From an uncultured Bacilli bacterium (GTDB taxonomy: Bacteria > Bacillota_I > Bacilli_A > RF39 > UBA660), in contig CAJTUR010000001.1 of the NCBI GenBank assembly GCA_910579535.1, positions 26,587-90,586 on the forward strand: a DNA stretch of 64,000 nt, given 5' to 3'. The translations under genes were made by a program, and so were the position numbers. Below the pieces are notes generated by a model. That model saw only the letters and a list, made by a program, of their open reading frames with translations. It was not told where the DNA came from and did not search any database. Positions 10,212-21,205 of the stretch are shown here, piece after piece. Within the stretch, counting starts at the first letter, position 1. Each line of letters opens with the position of its first letter.

Positions 10212-11330
10212 ATGAAATTTACAATTGATAAAAATATTATATTAGAAAATTTAAACCATGTTATTAAAGCTATCTCAACTAAAAATGTTATCCCCGTTTT
10301 AAATGGTATTAAATTTGAGTTAACAAGTGAAGGATTATCCTTAACTGCAAGTGATAGTGACTTAACGATTAATTCTTTTATTCCACAAAAAGAAATTAAA
10401 AATGTGGAAAGTGAAGGAACTATTGTTATTCAAAGTAAGTTTATTTTAGACATAATAAGAAAATTGCCTAGTGATATCATCAATTTTGAAGTTATTGATC
10501 GTTTGAAAATTAGAATTTATACTGATTTTGCTCAATATCATTTAAATTGTTTAGATGCGAATGATTATCCTAACCTTAGAATGGATGAACATAAAGACCC
10601 TATTTTATTAAAAGGAGAGATATTAAAATCTTTAATTAATCAAACGGTTTTTGCCATTTCAACACAAGAGTTAAGACCCTTATTGACTGGAGTAAACGTT
10701 ACAATTGCTGGGAATTTATTAGTGTTTATTGCAACGGATTCTTATCGTTTAGCTAAAAAGACCATTGAACTTTCTCATCCTATTGATACTGATATTAACA
10801 TTGTTATTCCAGGAAAAAATATTTTAGAACTTGAAAAAATTCTTACTGATGATGAAATGGTGGAAATGCATATTTTTAATAATAAGGTCTTATTTAAATA
10901 TAAGAATATTAAATTTCAAACTAATTTATTGTCAGGACAATATCCGAATACTTCTAATCTTATTCCTAGTGAATTTGGTATGGAAGTAAAGTTGAATAAA
11001 GATGATTTTGGTTCTAGTGTTGATCGTGCAGCATTATTGATTCAAGGAAAAGATAAAAATATTATAAGAATGAGTATTGCTAAACAAGAAATGACGATTA
11101 CTTCTTATGCCAGTGAAAGTGGAAAACTTGAAGAAAAACTTCAAATTGATACTGATGAAGGGGCAATGATTGATATTTCTTTTAGTGCTAAATATATGTT
11201 AGAAGCTTTAAAAACAATAAAGGACGATAAAATTGTTTTGTTATTAACTAATGATATTAAGCCTATTATTGTAAAATCTGTAGAGGATGAGTCCCTTATT
11301 CAACTTATTTTACCTATTAAAACTTTTTAA
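10212..11330 (+). CDS. dnaN: DNA polymerase III beta sliding clamp
   Basis: 372 aa with the typical three-domain beta clamp; conserved position. Confidence 0.95.
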   Translation: MKFTIDKNIILENLNHVIKAISTKNVIPVLNGIKFELTSEGLSLTASDSDLTINSFIPQKEIKNVESEGTIVIQSKFILDIIRKLPSDIINFEVIDRLKIRIYTDFAQYHLNCLDANDYPNLRMDEHKDPILLKGEILKSLINQTVFAISTQELRPLLTGVNVTIAGNLLVFIATDSYRLAKKTIELSHPIDTDINIVIPGKNILELEKILTDDEMVEMHIFNNKVLFKYKNIKFQTNLLSGQYPNTSNLIPSEFGMEVKLNKDDFGSSVDRAALLIQGKDKNIIRMSIAKQEMTITSYASESGKLEEKLQIDTDEGAMIDISFSAKYMLEALKTIKDDKIVLLLTNDIKPIIVKSVEDESLIQLILPIKTF

Positions 11331-11425
11331 AAAATGAACTTTTTGTTCGTTTTTTTCTTTTTCGACATTTTTCTTTCTTTTTATTCGATAGGATAGGACG
11401 CAATTATTTATGAGGAGAGGATTAT

Positions 11426-11872
11426 ATGGAAAATTATAAAATTAATGATAAAACGATGGCTTTGTATTCTTTAAATGCAAAAACAAGAGTATATGAAGAA
11501 GAAAAGTGTTTTGAGGTTGAGGAAACGGCGAATCATATTATGGAAAATAGCTGTTCTTATTATGGGAGTAGTTTAGAAGGAAGAAAAAAAGGGTCTACTT
11601 CTTTAATTGGAGCAAAGTATAAAGTTCCAGTTATAGTGGAAGAAAGTAAAAATATTATCTTTTTTCCTACAGACTCATCTAAAAAGAAAAATTGTACGTG
11701 GATTCGGTTTAATAAAATAGATACGTATTATTATCATCAAGGACGATTGGTTCTTTGTTTTAAAAATGGAGATAAATTAGTATTGGATCATTCTTTACCT
11801 GTTATTGAAAATCAAATTTTACGTTCTACTCGATTAGAAGCACTTATAAGAGAAAGAAAAAATGGTGAATAA
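11426..11872 (+). CDS. ComK-family protein (competence transcription factor family)
   Basis: SCSYYGSSLEGRKKGSTSL and KVPVIVEESKNIIFFPTDSSKKKNCTWI align with B. subtilis ComK SCRFFGSSYAGRKAGTYEV and KPPIMVDPSNQIFLFPTLSSTRPQCGWI; it sits in the dnaN-recF slot. Confidence 0.7.
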   Translation: MENYKINDKTMALYSLNAKTRVYEEEKCFEVEETANHIMENSCSYYGSSLEGRKKGSTSLIGAKYKVPVIVEESKNIIFFPTDSSKKKNCTWIRFNKIDTYYYHQGRLVLCFKNGDKLVLDHSLPVIENQILRSTRLEALIRERKNGE

Positions 11873-11980
11873 GTATGAAAAAATCTTTTAAATAGGTTAA
11901 TAAGTATGGTATAATTTAGTTAGGTATAGGAGTACATATTACCTATTATTTTTATTATATGGGCATAAAAGAGGTAAAAT

Positions 11981-13075
11981 ATGCAAATTCAAGAATTAAA
12001 ATTGCTTAATTTCCGTAATTACGATCGAGTTCAGGTTTCTTTTGATTCGCATTTAAATATTATTTATGGAAAAAATGGGAGTGGAAAAACCAATTTAGTA
12101 GAATCTATTTATTTTCTAGCTTTAACTAGATCGTTTAAACAATCTAATGATAGAGTTTTGATTCGAAGTCATACCAATTTAACTAAAGTAGAGGGGGTTA
12201 TCTATAATCAATATCAAACTACTTATAAAGTCATTTTATCCGATGAGGGCAAGACTGTAAAAATTGACAATAATAAAATTTCTAAAATTAGTGATTATAT
12301 ATCAAAAATTAATGTTGTTTTGTTTAGTCCAAATGATTTAAAAATGATTAAGGATACACCAAGTGTACGACGTAAATATTTAAATATTTTGGTTTCACAA
12401 TTAGATGTTTCTTATTTAAAAGAGTTAAATCAGTATAATAAATTACTTAAGGTGAGGAATGCTTATTTAAAAAAAATGTATTTAAATGGAAATGCACTTA
12501 TGATTTACTTAGATGTTGTTACTGAAAAACTAGTAGAAGTTGGATTAAGTATTTATGAGATACGAAAGAAATGTCTTTTTGAAATTAATTCTTTTATTGG
12601 GGAAATCTATAAAGATATAGCCTTAAATGATGAATTAAAAGTAAAGTATGTTAGTGATTATGAAAATAAAACAAGAGAGGAAATTCTTGATTATTATAAG
12701 AAAACTAAGAGTAAAGATATTAGTTTTGGTAAAACCAATTTTGGTATTCATCATGATGATTTTCTTTTTCTTTTAAACGATTATGATATAAAGGATTATG
12801 GAAGTCAAGGACAACAAAAAAATGCTGTAATCGCTTGGAAATTTAGTGAAATGATGCTGTTTAAACAATTAAAATCGATTTTGCCTATTTTGATTTTAGA
12901 TGATTTATTAAGTGAGTTAGATAAGGAAAAGATTAAAAATATTCTTTCGTTTATTGATGATAAAATTCAGACTTTTATTACTACTACTGAGATTGAAAAA
13001 ATAGAATCTTTACTTATAGATAAAACCTATAAAAAAATAAATGTGTCAAATGGACAACTGGAGGAGGTATTATAA
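11981..13075 (+). CDS. recF: DNA replication and repair protein RecF
   Basis: Walker [13 protein letters not shown]-like signature; conserved position. Confidence 0.95.
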   Translation: MQIQELKLLNFRNYDRVQVSFDSHLNIIYGKNGSGKTNLVESIYFLALTRSFKQSNDRVLIRSHTNLTKVEGVIYNQYQTTYKVILSDEGKTVKIDNNKISKISDYISKINVVLFSPNDLKMIKDTPSVRRKYLNILVSQLDVSYLKELNQYNKLLKVRNAYLKKMYLNGNALMIYLDVVTEKLVEVGLSIYEIRKKCLFEINSFIGEIYKDIALNDELKVKYVSDYENKTREEILDYYKKTKSKDISFGKTNFGIHHDDFLFLLNDYDIKDYGSQGQQKNAVIAWKFSEMMLFKQLKSILPILILDDLLSELDKEKIKNILSFIDDKIQTFITTTEIEKIESLLIDKTYKKINVSNGQLEEVL

Positions 13076-14997
13076 TGAAAGAAAATGAAGTGCATTATAA
13101 TGATGATGATATTCAAGTTCTAGAAGGGTTAGAAGCTGTACGTAAAAGACCAGGCATGTATATAGGAACCACAAGTGAAAAAGGATTGCATCATTTAGTT
13201 TGGGAAATAGTTGATAATGCGATAGATGAAGCTCTTGCGGGGTATTGTGATGATATTGAAGTTGTTATTGGTAAAGGAAATACGATTACTGTTAAAGATG
13301 ATGGTAGAGGTATGCCTACAGGAATTAACAAAAAGACAGGGTTATCAACAGTAGAAACTATTTTTACAGTGCTGCACGCTGGTGGTAAGTTTGGTGGTGG
13401 TGGCTACAAAGTAAGTGGAGGATTACATGGTGTTGGAGCGAGTGTTGTTAATGCATTATCTTCTTGGCTTGAAGTTACCGTTTATCATGATGGGAAAATT
13501 TTTTATCAAAAGTATCAAGATGGTGGAAAGCCTGTTGAACCTTTAAAAGAAATTGGTGTGTGCGAAGAAAATCGTACTGGTACAACTGTAACATTCAAAG
13601 CAGATCCAGAAATTTTTACGGAGACAACTATTTATAATTATGATGTTCTTGCTAAACGATTACAAGAATTGGCTTTTTTAAATAAAGGGATAAGAATTAT
13701 TCTTTTTGATGAAAGAGAAGAAGAGAAACATCATGAATTTTTATATAATGGGGGAATTATAGAATATGTCCAGATGCTTAATAAGAATAAAGACCCCATT
13801 CATAAAGACGTCATTTATTTTGAAGGAACAGAAGATGGAATAGAACTTGAAGTGGCCATGCAATATAACGATTCTTATAATGCCAGTGTTTATAGCTTTA
13901 CAAATAATATTAATACATATGAAGGTGGAACTCACGAAGATGGTGTAAAAAGAGCTTTAACTCGTATTATTAACAATTATGCTAAAAATAATAAAATTTT
14001 AAAAGAAAATGATGAAGCATTAACAGGAGAGGATGTAAGAGAAGGTTTAACAATGATTATTTCTTGTAAACATCCTGATCCTCAATTTGAAGGACAAACA
14101 AAGACAAAACTAGGAAATGCTGAAGTTCGTAAGATTGCTGATGATGTATTTAGTGAGGGCTTTGAACGATTCTTAATGGAAAATCCTAACGAGGCACGAC
14201 TTATTGTGGATAAAGCTTCTACAGCTGCTAGAGCAAGATTAGCAGCGAAAAAGGCTAGAGAGTTTACAAGGAGAAAAAGTGGTTTAGATACGTTTAACAC
14301 ACTTGGTAAACTTACAGATTGTACGAGTAAAGATGCGAGTGTGTCAGAAATATTTATTGTCGAAGGAAATAGTGCAGGTGGTAATGCGAAAGATGCACGT
14401 ATTCCTAAAACTCAAGCGATTCTTCCATTAAGAGGAAAGATACTCAATGTAGAGAAAGCAAGACTAGATCGAGCTCTTTCTAATGAAGAAATACGAACGA
14501 TGATTACCGCTTTTGGTACGGGTATTGGGGATGATTTTGATATTAGTAAACTTCGTTATCATAAAATTATTATTATGACTGATGCCGATGTTGACGGATC
14601 ACATATTCAAATCTTGTTATTAACATTATTCTATCGTTTTTTTAGACCCATTGTGGAACAAGGGTATGTTTATGTTGCTAATCCTCCATTATTTAAGGTT
14701 ACTTATGGAAAGAATATTAAGTATGTTCTTACGGAAGAGGAATTAAATGAATATCGAGCTACGTTGCCAGTAAACTCTAAGCCAATGATTAATCGTTTTA
14801 AAGGACTTGGAGAAATGGATGCTGTGGATTTAAGAGAAACGACTATGCATAGCGATAATCGTATTCTAAGAAAAGTTACCGTGGAGGATGCAATGGCAGC
14901 CGATAAGATTATTACCGATTTTATGGGTGATGAAGTTTTTCCAAGAAAAATGTTTATTGAAGAGCATGGCCATGAATATACGGATTTAGATGTTTAG
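13075..14997 (+). CDS. gyrB: DNA gyrase subunit B
   Basis: 640 aa; GHKL ATPase, [21 protein letters not shown] motifs. Confidence 0.97.
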   Translation: MKENEVHYNDDDIQVLEGLEAVRKRPGMYIGTTSEKGLHHLVWEIVDNAIDEALAGYCDDIEVVIGKGNTITVKDDGRGMPTGINKKTGLSTVETIFTVLHAGGKFGGGGYKVSGGLHGVGASVVNALSSWLEVTVYHDGKIFYQKYQDGGKPVEPLKEIGVCEENRTGTTVTFKADPEIFTETTIYNYDVLAKRLQELAFLNKGIRIILFDEREEEKHHEFLYNGGIIEYVQMLNKNKDPIHKDVIYFEGTEDGIELEVAMQYNDSYNASVYSFTNNINTYEGGTHEDGVKRALTRIINNYAKNNKILKENDEALTGEDVREGLTMIISCKHPDPQFEGQTKTKLGNAEVRKIADDVFSEGFERFLMENPNEARLIVDKASTAARARLAAKKAREFTRRKSGLDTFNTLGKLTDCTSKDASVSEIFIVEGNSAGGNAKDARIPKTQAILPLRGKILNVEKARLDRALSNEEIRTMITAFGTGIGDDFDISKLRYHKIIIMTDADVDGSHIQILLLTLFYRFFRPIVEQGYVYVANPPLFKVTYGKNIKYVLTEEELNEYRATLPVNSKPMINRFKGLGEMDAVDLRETTMHSDNRILRKVTVEDAMAADKIITDFMGDEVFPRKMFIEEHGHEYTDLDV

Positions 14998-15010
14998 GAG
15001 GTGAGCAAAA

Positions 15011-17476
15011 ATGGAAAAAATAATTGATAGTAGTATAATTAAAGAGTTTACAGAGTCTTTTGGACGTTATTCGATGAGTGTTATAATTGCTCGTGCTATT
15101 CCGGATTTAAGGGATGGTTTAAAACCTGTTCATCGCCGTATTTTATATTCCATGTATGAATCAAATTATACGCCTGATAAGCCACATAAGAAGTGTGCAA
15201 GAATTGTTGGTGATGTTATGGGTAAATATCATCCTCATGGCGATTCTTCTATTTATGAGGCATTAGTTGGCATGGCACAGGATTTTACGTTCCGACATAT
15301 GTTAGTGGATGGACATGGTAATTTTGGTAATATGGATGGTGATGATGCCGCAGCTATGCGTTATACTGAAGCAAGACTTTCTAAGATTGCTTTAGAAATG
15401 GTTCGAGATTTGAATAAAGAAACGGTTAATTTGGTGCCGAATTTTGATGAAACGGAAGAAGAACCTACGATTTTACCAAGTCGTTTCCCTAATATTTTAG
15501 TGAATGGAACGATGGGTATTGCTGTTGGAATGGCTACTAATATTCCGCCACATAATTTAGGGGAAGTTATTGATGGCTGTGTTGCTTATATTGATAATCA
15601 TGATATTGATACAATGGGACTTATGAACTTTATTAAAGGTCCTGACTTTCCAACAGGAGCTTCTATTTTAGGAAATAGTGGTATCCGAAAAGCTTATGAA
15701 ACAGGAAAAGGTACTATTACTATACGAGGTACGGCAAGTATTGAAGATGTTAACGGAAAGACTCGTATTGTGGTTACAGAGTTACCTTATAAGGTAAATA
15801 AAGCGGAGTTTCAAACGAGAATTGGAGAATTAGTTCGTGATAAAATAATTGATGGAATTAGTGAACTTCATGAGGAATCGAATCTAGAGAACCCTGTTCG
15901 CGTGGTAATTTATTTGAAAAAAGATGCCAACGCTAATGTTATTCTTAATAATTTGTATAAGTATACACAATTACAAACAACGTATGGTATTAATTTATTA
16001 ATGATCGATCAAAATAGTCCTAAGGTCTTGCCTTTAAAGGATATAATTGTAAAATATATTGATTATCAAAAGGAGATAATTATTAGAAGAACGCAATTTG
16101 ATTTAAAGAAGGCTTTGGATCGCGTTCATATTTTAGAGGGTTTAAAGATTGCGCTTGATCATTTAGATGAAGTAATTAAGACGATTCGAGAATCTAAAAC
16201 CGATGTGGTTGCAAAAGAGCAATTAATGTCTAAGTTTGGATTAGATGAAATTCAGGCTAATGCGATTTTAGAAATGAAATTACGTCGTTTAACAGGTCTA
16301 GAACGTGAGAAAATTGAAAATGAATATGCTGAATTAATGAAACTTATTGATGAGTTACGTGCGATTTTAGCGAGTGAAGAAAAAGTACTTGCTGTAATAC
16401 GTGAAGAATTATTGGAAATTAAAGAAAAGTATGCGGATGAACGTCGTACGAATATTGATATGTCAGCGATTGAGTTTATTGAAGATGAGTCCTTGATTCC
16501 TGAGGAAGATATAATTATAGCACTTACTCACAATGGTTATATTAAGCGTACTACAAGTGATACATTTAAACTACAAAATCGTGGTGGAGTAGGTGTTAAA
16601 GGGATGAATACTCACGAAGAAGATTTTGTTGAACATATTGTCAGCTTATGCACTCATGATTATATTTTATTCTTTACAAATAAGGGTAAGGTTTATCGTT
16701 TAAAAGGGTATGAAATACCTGAATTTAGTAGACAATCTAAAGGGTTACCAGTTATTAACTTGCTTCAAATCGAAAAAGATGAAAAGATAAATTCAATATT
16801 AAGTATTGAAAGAGAAGATCAAGCTAAATATTTACTATTTGCGACTAAACAAGGAATTGTTAAACGTACTGCTATTGCTGAGTTTGATAATATTCGTAAC
16901 AATGGTAAGATTTGCATTAGTTTAAGAGAAACAGATGAACTTATTTCAGTACAAAAAACTACTGGAGAAGATTCTATTTTGCTTGGTTCTAGTGATGGGC
17001 GAATGGTTAAATTTATCGAAGATGAAGTACGTGTTATGGGAAGAACCGCTAGTGGTGTTCGTGGTATTACTTTAAATGGTAGTGAATGTATTGGTGCTGA
17101 AAAAGCAATGGAAAATGATTCATTAATTATTGTTACTAAAAAAGGTTATGGAAAACAAACCAATATTTGTGATTATAGACAAACTAAACGCGGAAGTAAG
17201 GGTGTTAAAGCCTTAAATGTTACAGAAAAGAACGGAGATTTAGCTGCATTTAAACTTGCTAAAGAAAATCACGATTTAGTCATTGTTACAAATACAGGCA
17301 TGATTATTAGAGTACCTTTAGATCAAATCAATGTTTTAGGTCGTGTTACTCAAGGTGTTCGACTTATAAACCTTAAGGATAATCAAGAAGTATCTAATAT
17401 TAGCTTAGTTGAAAAGAATAACGAAGAAAATATTGAAACTTCAGAAAACGAAGCAAGTGGTAATGCCAAAGAATAG
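15011..17476 (+). CDS. gyrA: DNA gyrase subunit A
   Basis: 821 aa; active-site AAMRYTE tyrosine, QRDR HPHGDSS. Confidence 0.97.
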   Translation: MEKIIDSSIIKEFTESFGRYSMSVIIARAIPDLRDGLKPVHRRILYSMYESNYTPDKPHKKCARIVGDVMGKYHPHGDSSIYEALVGMAQDFTFRHMLVDGHGNFGNMDGDDAAAMRYTEARLSKIALEMVRDLNKETVNLVPNFDETEEEPTILPSRFPNILVNGTMGIAVGMATNIPPHNLGEVIDGCVAYIDNHDIDTMGLMNFIKGPDFPTGASILGNSGIRKAYETGKGTITIRGTASIEDVNGKTRIVVTELPYKVNKAEFQTRIGELVRDKIIDGISELHEESNLENPVRVVIYLKKDANANVILNNLYKYTQLQTTYGINLLMIDQNSPKVLPLKDIIVKYIDYQKEIIIRRTQFDLKKALDRVHILEGLKIALDHLDEVIKTIRESKTDVVAKEQLMSKFGLDEIQANAILEMKLRRLTGLEREKIENEYAELMKLIDELRAILASEEKVLAVIREELLEIKEKYADERRTNIDMSAIEFIEDESLIPEEDIIIALTHNGYIKRTTSDTFKLQNRGGVGVKGMNTHEEDFVEHIVSLCTHDYILFFTNKGKVYRLKGYEIPEFSRQSKGLPVINLLQIEKDEKINSILSIEREDQAKYLLFATKQGIVKRTAIAEFDNIRNNGKICISLRETDELISVQKTTGEDSILLGSSDGRMVKFIEDEVRVMGRTASGVRGITLNGSECIGAEKAMENDSLIIVTKKGYGKQTNICDYRQTKRGSKGVKALNVTEKNGDLAAFKLAKENHDLVIVTNTGMIIRVPLDQINVLGRVTQGVRLINLKDNQEVSNISLVEKNNEENIETSENEASGNAKE

Positions 17477-17498
17477 AGATGTTTCACGTGAAACATCT
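17477..17498. repeat. Perfect 22-bp palindrome AGATGTTTCACGTGAAACATCT plus T-run (copy 1); also acts as the gyrA terminator
   Basis: Self-complementary sequence with a central CACGTG, followed by T8. Confidence 0.8.
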
Positions 17499-17693
17499 TT
17501 TTTTTAATTTAAAATGTTTTATAAATAATGTGAGTTTGATTAAGTCTTTTTTATATTTTTTAAATAACCTATTTATAGAAATAGTATGTAGTTATATCTT
17601 CTATATTTTATAAGTTGAATAAATATTTTTTTGAAATTGATGCAAGGTATGATAAATCTGTTAGTTAACTATTATTGAATTGAAGGTGTTTAA

Positions 17694-18023
17694 ATGTATA
17701 AAGAAATATGGGACAGTTTAATTAGAAAATATGGCGAAGATTTTTATTGGGGATGGTGGAATAGTGAAATGTATATGGAAGAACTTAATAACGAATTATG
17801 TGAGAAACATCCCTTGTACAATAATATAGAATGTTTTGTAGGAAAGTCTTTTGCAGATGACGATGCTTTATATTTAACGAAAAATGGGCATGCTGTAATT
17901 GTTCATTTGGGATGGCCAAACAAAAAAAAGATGTGTCTGGAATTTTCCTACTTATACAGAATTTCCAAATTTAGAAAGTGCAATACTGCACATAGAAAAA
18001 GAATTTGTAAAATTGAAAAATAA
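17694..18023 (+). CDS. Hypothetical small protein (109 aa) bracketed by palindrome copies 1 and 2
   Basis: Intact ORF, Trp/Tyr-rich, no recognisable family; accessory-looking. Confidence 0.4.
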   Translation: MYKEIWDSLIRKYGEDFYWGWWNSEMYMEELNNELCEKHPLYNNIECFVGKSFADDDALYLTKNGHAVIVHLGWPNKKKMCLEFSYLYRISKFRKCNTAHRKRICKIEK

Positions 18024-18027
18024 AAAA

Positions 18028-18051
18028 TAGATGTTTCACGTGAAACATCTA
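18028..18051. repeat. Perfect 24-bp palindrome TAGATGTTTCACGTGAAACATCTA (copy 2)
   Basis: Identical core to copy 1, 552 bp downstream. Confidence 0.8.
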
Positions 18052-18074
18052 TTTATAATGCTTATGATTGCCTT

Positions 18075-18540
18075 TAACATCGTATCCAACTATTTTCAAC
18101 TTTAATATCAATTTCACAAGACACGAATAGATAGTCATTATACTTTAATTCTTCTTCACATATAAATTCTAATTGAAAAATTACTGGATTATCGAAAAAG
18201 TTACATTTTACGTAATACTCATCATTTTCATTTGATACCTTTTCTAATATTTTAATTGGTACTTTTTCTAAATATTAACTATTAGTCTTTTGTATATTCG
18301 TTATAATCTGATTCTGTGCATTTTTCTAAGTATTTTTCTAAAAAATATATGATGTTAGTATTTAATATTTCATCTTTATCAAATTTGTCTTTACTGTTTC
18401 TGTGTACAAATGAAGCATTGAATTGTTTTCCATTAAATTCAAAAATTGTATCTGATTATCCTGTTATATCATCTTTAGCATAATACTTTATAAATTTTAT
18501 TTTATTATAATATTGATAATGGTTATTGATTTTAAATCTC
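18075..18540 (-). pseudogene. Decayed gene of unknown function (frameshifted with internal stops)
   Basis: Minus-strand translation gives protein-like segments (KFIKYYAKDDITG, stop, SDTIFEFNGKQFNASFVHRNSKDKFDKDEILNTNIIYFLEKYLEKCTESDYNEYTKD, then a frame switch, then YLEKVPIKILEKVSNENDEYYVKCNFFDNPVIFQLEFICEEELKYNDYLFVSCEIDIKVENSWIRC) interrupted by stops and one frameshift; no intact ORF over 60 aa. Confidence 0.4.
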
Positions 18541-18596
18541 TCCTTTTTTCATTGATGAAATACTAATTTAAATTCTATAATTTTAAATTATATTTC

Positions 18597-18616
18597 AATG
18601 TTTCACGTGAAACATT
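18597..18616. repeat. Perfect 20-bp palindrome AATGTTTCACGTGAAACATT (copy 3), immediately upstream of the SRP RNA
   Basis: Same 18-bp core ATGTTTCACGTGAAACAT, 568 bp after copy 2. Confidence 0.8.
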
Positions 18617-18644
18617 TGCTATTTTTTTATATTATTGATATTAT

Positions 18645-18722
18645 TTGTTTGTGCAACGAATATATTGTAAACTGGTCAGGATCGGAAGATAGCAGCCACG
18701 TCAGTCCCTATTCGTGTGCACT
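18645..18722 (+). ncRNA. ffs: Small (4.5S-type) signal recognition particle RNA
   Basis: GGTCAGGATCGGAAGATAGCAGCCACG matches the universally conserved SRP RNA domain IV (E. coli GGUCAGGUCCGGAAGGAAGCAGCCAAGG); closing helix TGTGCAACGAATA/TATTCGTGTGCAC; followed by T8; lies upstream of tadA-dnaX as scr does in Bacillus. Confidence 0.6.
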
Positions 18723-18741
18723 TTTTTTTATAGGTGATTTT

Positions 18742-19161
18742 ATGAATGATTTAGATATTGTAGATACATTATTAAATTTAGCCAGAAAAGCTTCATTAAA
18801 AGGCGAAATTCCAGTTTCGGCAATTATAATATGTAATGATAAGATAATATCTAAAAAATTTAATTTGAAAGAAAAGAAAAAAGATAGTATGGCCCACGCT
18901 GAAATCCTAGCTATAAAAGAAGCTACTAAAAAATTAAAACGTTGGAATTTAAATGATTGTAGTCTTTATGTTACATTAAAACCGTGTGCTATGTGTGAAG
19001 AAGTGATTAAACAAAGTCGAATTAAAACCGTTTATTATCTGTTAGATAAGTTGGATTATAAGCATGATTTTACTGGTACGTCTTTTGAAAAAATGAATTT
19101 GAAAGAGTACAAAGATAGTTATCAACAATTATTGTCAGCTTTTTTTAAAAATATGCGATAG
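18742..19161 (+). CDS. tadA: tRNA-specific adenosine deaminase TadA (start at internal ATG 18742; the track ORF from 18598 reads through the SRP RNA)
   Basis: HAEILAI and PCAMC zinc-binding CDA motifs; RBS AGGTGA 5 nt upstream of 18742. Confidence 0.85.
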   Translation: MNDLDIVDTLLNLARKASLKGEIPVSAIIICNDKIISKKFNLKEKKKDSMAHAEILAIKEATKKLKRWNLNDCSLYVTLKPCAMCEEVIKQSRIKTVYYLLDKLDYKHDFTGTSFEKMNLKEYKDSYQQLLSAFFKNMR

Positions 19162-19206
19162 TAATTGTTTTTTTTATGTTATAATACAATTCAGTGAGGG
19201 AAGCTT

Positions 19207-20889
19207 ATGGAAAACGATTACAAAGTACTCTATAGAAAATATCGACCTTTTTCTTTTGATGAAGTTATTGGCCAAACGTATTCTATTAAAATGCTAAAAA
19301 ATGCTGTAGTTAGTAATAAAATTTCTCATGCTTATATTTTTACAGGACCAAGAGGAACAGGAAAAACAAGTACTGCGAAGATTTTTGCTCGAACTATTAA
19401 TTGTGAAAATCCAAATTCAGGCATTCCTTGTGGAAAATGTCATAGTTGTCTTAATGTCAATAATAGTGCTGATATTATAGAAATTGATGCTGCTTCTAAT
19501 AATGGCGTAGATGAAGTAAGAGAACTTATTAACAATGTTAAAGTCGCTCCTTCTTTTAGCAAATATAAAGTTTATATTATTGATGAAGTTCATATGCTTT
19601 CTAAAAGTGCATTTAATGCTTTGTTATTGACTTTAGAAGAACCCCCTAGTCATGTTGTATTTATTTTGGCTACAACGAATATAGAAAGTGTTCCAATTAC
19701 TATTTTGTCTCGATGTCAAAGATTTGATTTTAAAAAGATTAGTTTTGAAGAATTGGTTTCCCATTTAAACTGGGTTGCTTCCAAAGAAAAAATTTCAATA
19801 ACTGAAGAAGCGATTGAGGAGATTGCCTATTTATCTGAAGGCGGTTGTCGTGATGCTTTAAGTATATTGAACCAGTTATCAACAAGTAACGATGAAATAA
19901 ATTTAGAGGTTGTATTGACAAACTATGGGTCTGTTTCATTTGTTCAAATTAAGAATATTATTTCTTATTTTTTAACAGAAAATTATTCTTCATTAAAAAA
20001 TGCGTTTGATGATTTAAAACTTTCATCTATAGATTATAAATTTTTTTTAAAGAAGATGATAGATCAACTTTTTTTACAAGCTATTGATTTAAATGAAAAA
20101 GGGCACAAAGAAGAATTTTTAAAGATAAAGAGTGTTATTTTTGATTTAAATGCTCTTATTAATCAAATAAATATTACAATTGATCCTTTTTTACTCATAT
20201 TTTTAGTTTTTGTGAAGTATATGACTCTTGATAAAAATGAAACGTTAAAAAGAGAAGAATCTTTAGAAAATTTAAGTGAAAAAGAAGATTTAAAAGAGAT
20301 ACCTGAAGTTAAAGAAGTTGAATCACAAAAAGAAGGGGTTGTAGAAGTTTCAAACGAAAAAATTCTAGAAGAAAAAGAGGAAATCATTGAAAAAAAAGAA
20401 GTGGATTTTGATTATATAAAGAATTTAAAGGAAATACGTATTAATAACTGTTTTGCTCAAGCAGATAAAAAGTTACTAACGTCATTTAAAGAAAAATGGC
20501 AAATTTTTAATGAAAATATTGTGGATACACATGAAATAAAAGCAGTGATTATGGACACAGAGGTCGTTTTAGCTTCAGAAAACATAAATATTGTTACGCA
20601 TATGCAAGCTTCTATGGTAGAATTATTTAATAGAGAACTTGAAAAAATTGAATCTGAATATCAAAAGATGGAAAAATTATCAATTAAATTTATGGCGTGT
20701 TCAAAAGAAGAATGGGATAAGTTGAAAAAGGAATATGTTAAACGACTAAAAGAAAATCATCCTTATGAAATGATTGAAGAGCCTATTTATCAACACAGTT
20801 CAGTTCATTCTATAACGCCTTCAAAAGAAGATAAAGATTTGAAAGAAGTTTTTGCCATTTTTGATGAAGAGAAGCTAGAAGTTCAATAA
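19207..20889 (+). CDS. dnaX: DNA polymerase III subunits gamma/tau
   Basis: 560 aa; Walker A GPRGTGKTS, zinc module CGKCHSC, SRC motif. Confidence 0.95.
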   Translation: MENDYKVLYRKYRPFSFDEVIGQTYSIKMLKNAVVSNKISHAYIFTGPRGTGKTSTAKIFARTINCENPNSGIPCGKCHSCLNVNNSADIIEIDAASNNGVDEVRELINNVKVAPSFSKYKVYIIDEVHMLSKSAFNALLLTLEEPPSHVVFILATTNIESVPITILSRCQRFDFKKISFEELVSHLNWVASKEKISITEEAIEEIAYLSEGGCRDALSILNQLSTSNDEINLEVVLTNYGSVSFVQIKNIISYFLTENYSSLKNAFDDLKLSSIDYKFFLKKMIDQLFLQAIDLNEKGHKEEFLKIKSVIFDLNALINQINITIDPFLLIFLVFVKYMTLDKNETLKREESLENLSEKEDLKEIPEVKEVESQKEGVVEVSNEKILEEKEEIIEKKEVDFDYIKNLKEIRINNCFAQADKKLLTSFKEKWQIFNENIVDTHEIKAVIMDTEVVLASENINIVTHMQASMVELFNRELEKIESEYQKMEKLSIKFMACSKEEWDKLKKEYVKRLKENHPYEMIEEPIYQHSSVHSITPSKEDKDLKEVFAIFDEEKLEVQ

Positions 20890-20907
20890 AGAAAAGAGGA
20901 AAAAAAT

Positions 20908-21204
20908 ATGAATATGCAAAATTTGATGGCTCAAGCTCAAAAAATGCAACGCGATTTACAAAAGAAAAAGGAAGAAATTGATAAAACAACTTTTACTGGG
21001 AAATCTGAAATGGTTGAAGTTATTTATAATGGTAAAAAGGAAATGGTTTCTATTAAAATTCTAAATAGAGAATTGACTTCGGAAGATTTAGAAATATTAG
21101 AAGACATGATTGTTCTTGCTTCAAAAGATGCAATTAGTAAAATTGATAAAGAGATGGAGGAAAAATTAGGTTCTCTTGGATCAGGTCTAGGTGGATTATT
21201 TTAA
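20908..21204 (+). CDS. ybaB: Nucleoid-associated protein YbaB/EbfC
   Basis: 98 aa; conserved dnaX-ybaB-recR arrangement. Confidence 0.85.
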   Translation: MNMQNLMAQAQKMQRDLQKKKEEIDKTTFTGKSEMVEVIYNGKKEMVSIKILNRELTSEDLEILEDMIVLASKDAISKIDKEMEEKLGSLGSGLGGLF

Positions 21205-21205
21205 G

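Noticed and set aside
13741-14300. Two minus-strand ORFs (64 and 72 aa)
   Set aside because: Antisense inside gyrB.
18598-18741. N-terminal 48 codons of the track ORF 18598-19161
   Set aside because: Reads through palindrome copy 3 and the SRP RNA. A good RBS precedes the internal Met at 18742; the TadA domain starts there.
19739-20387. Two minus-strand ORFs
   Set aside because: Antisense inside dnaX.
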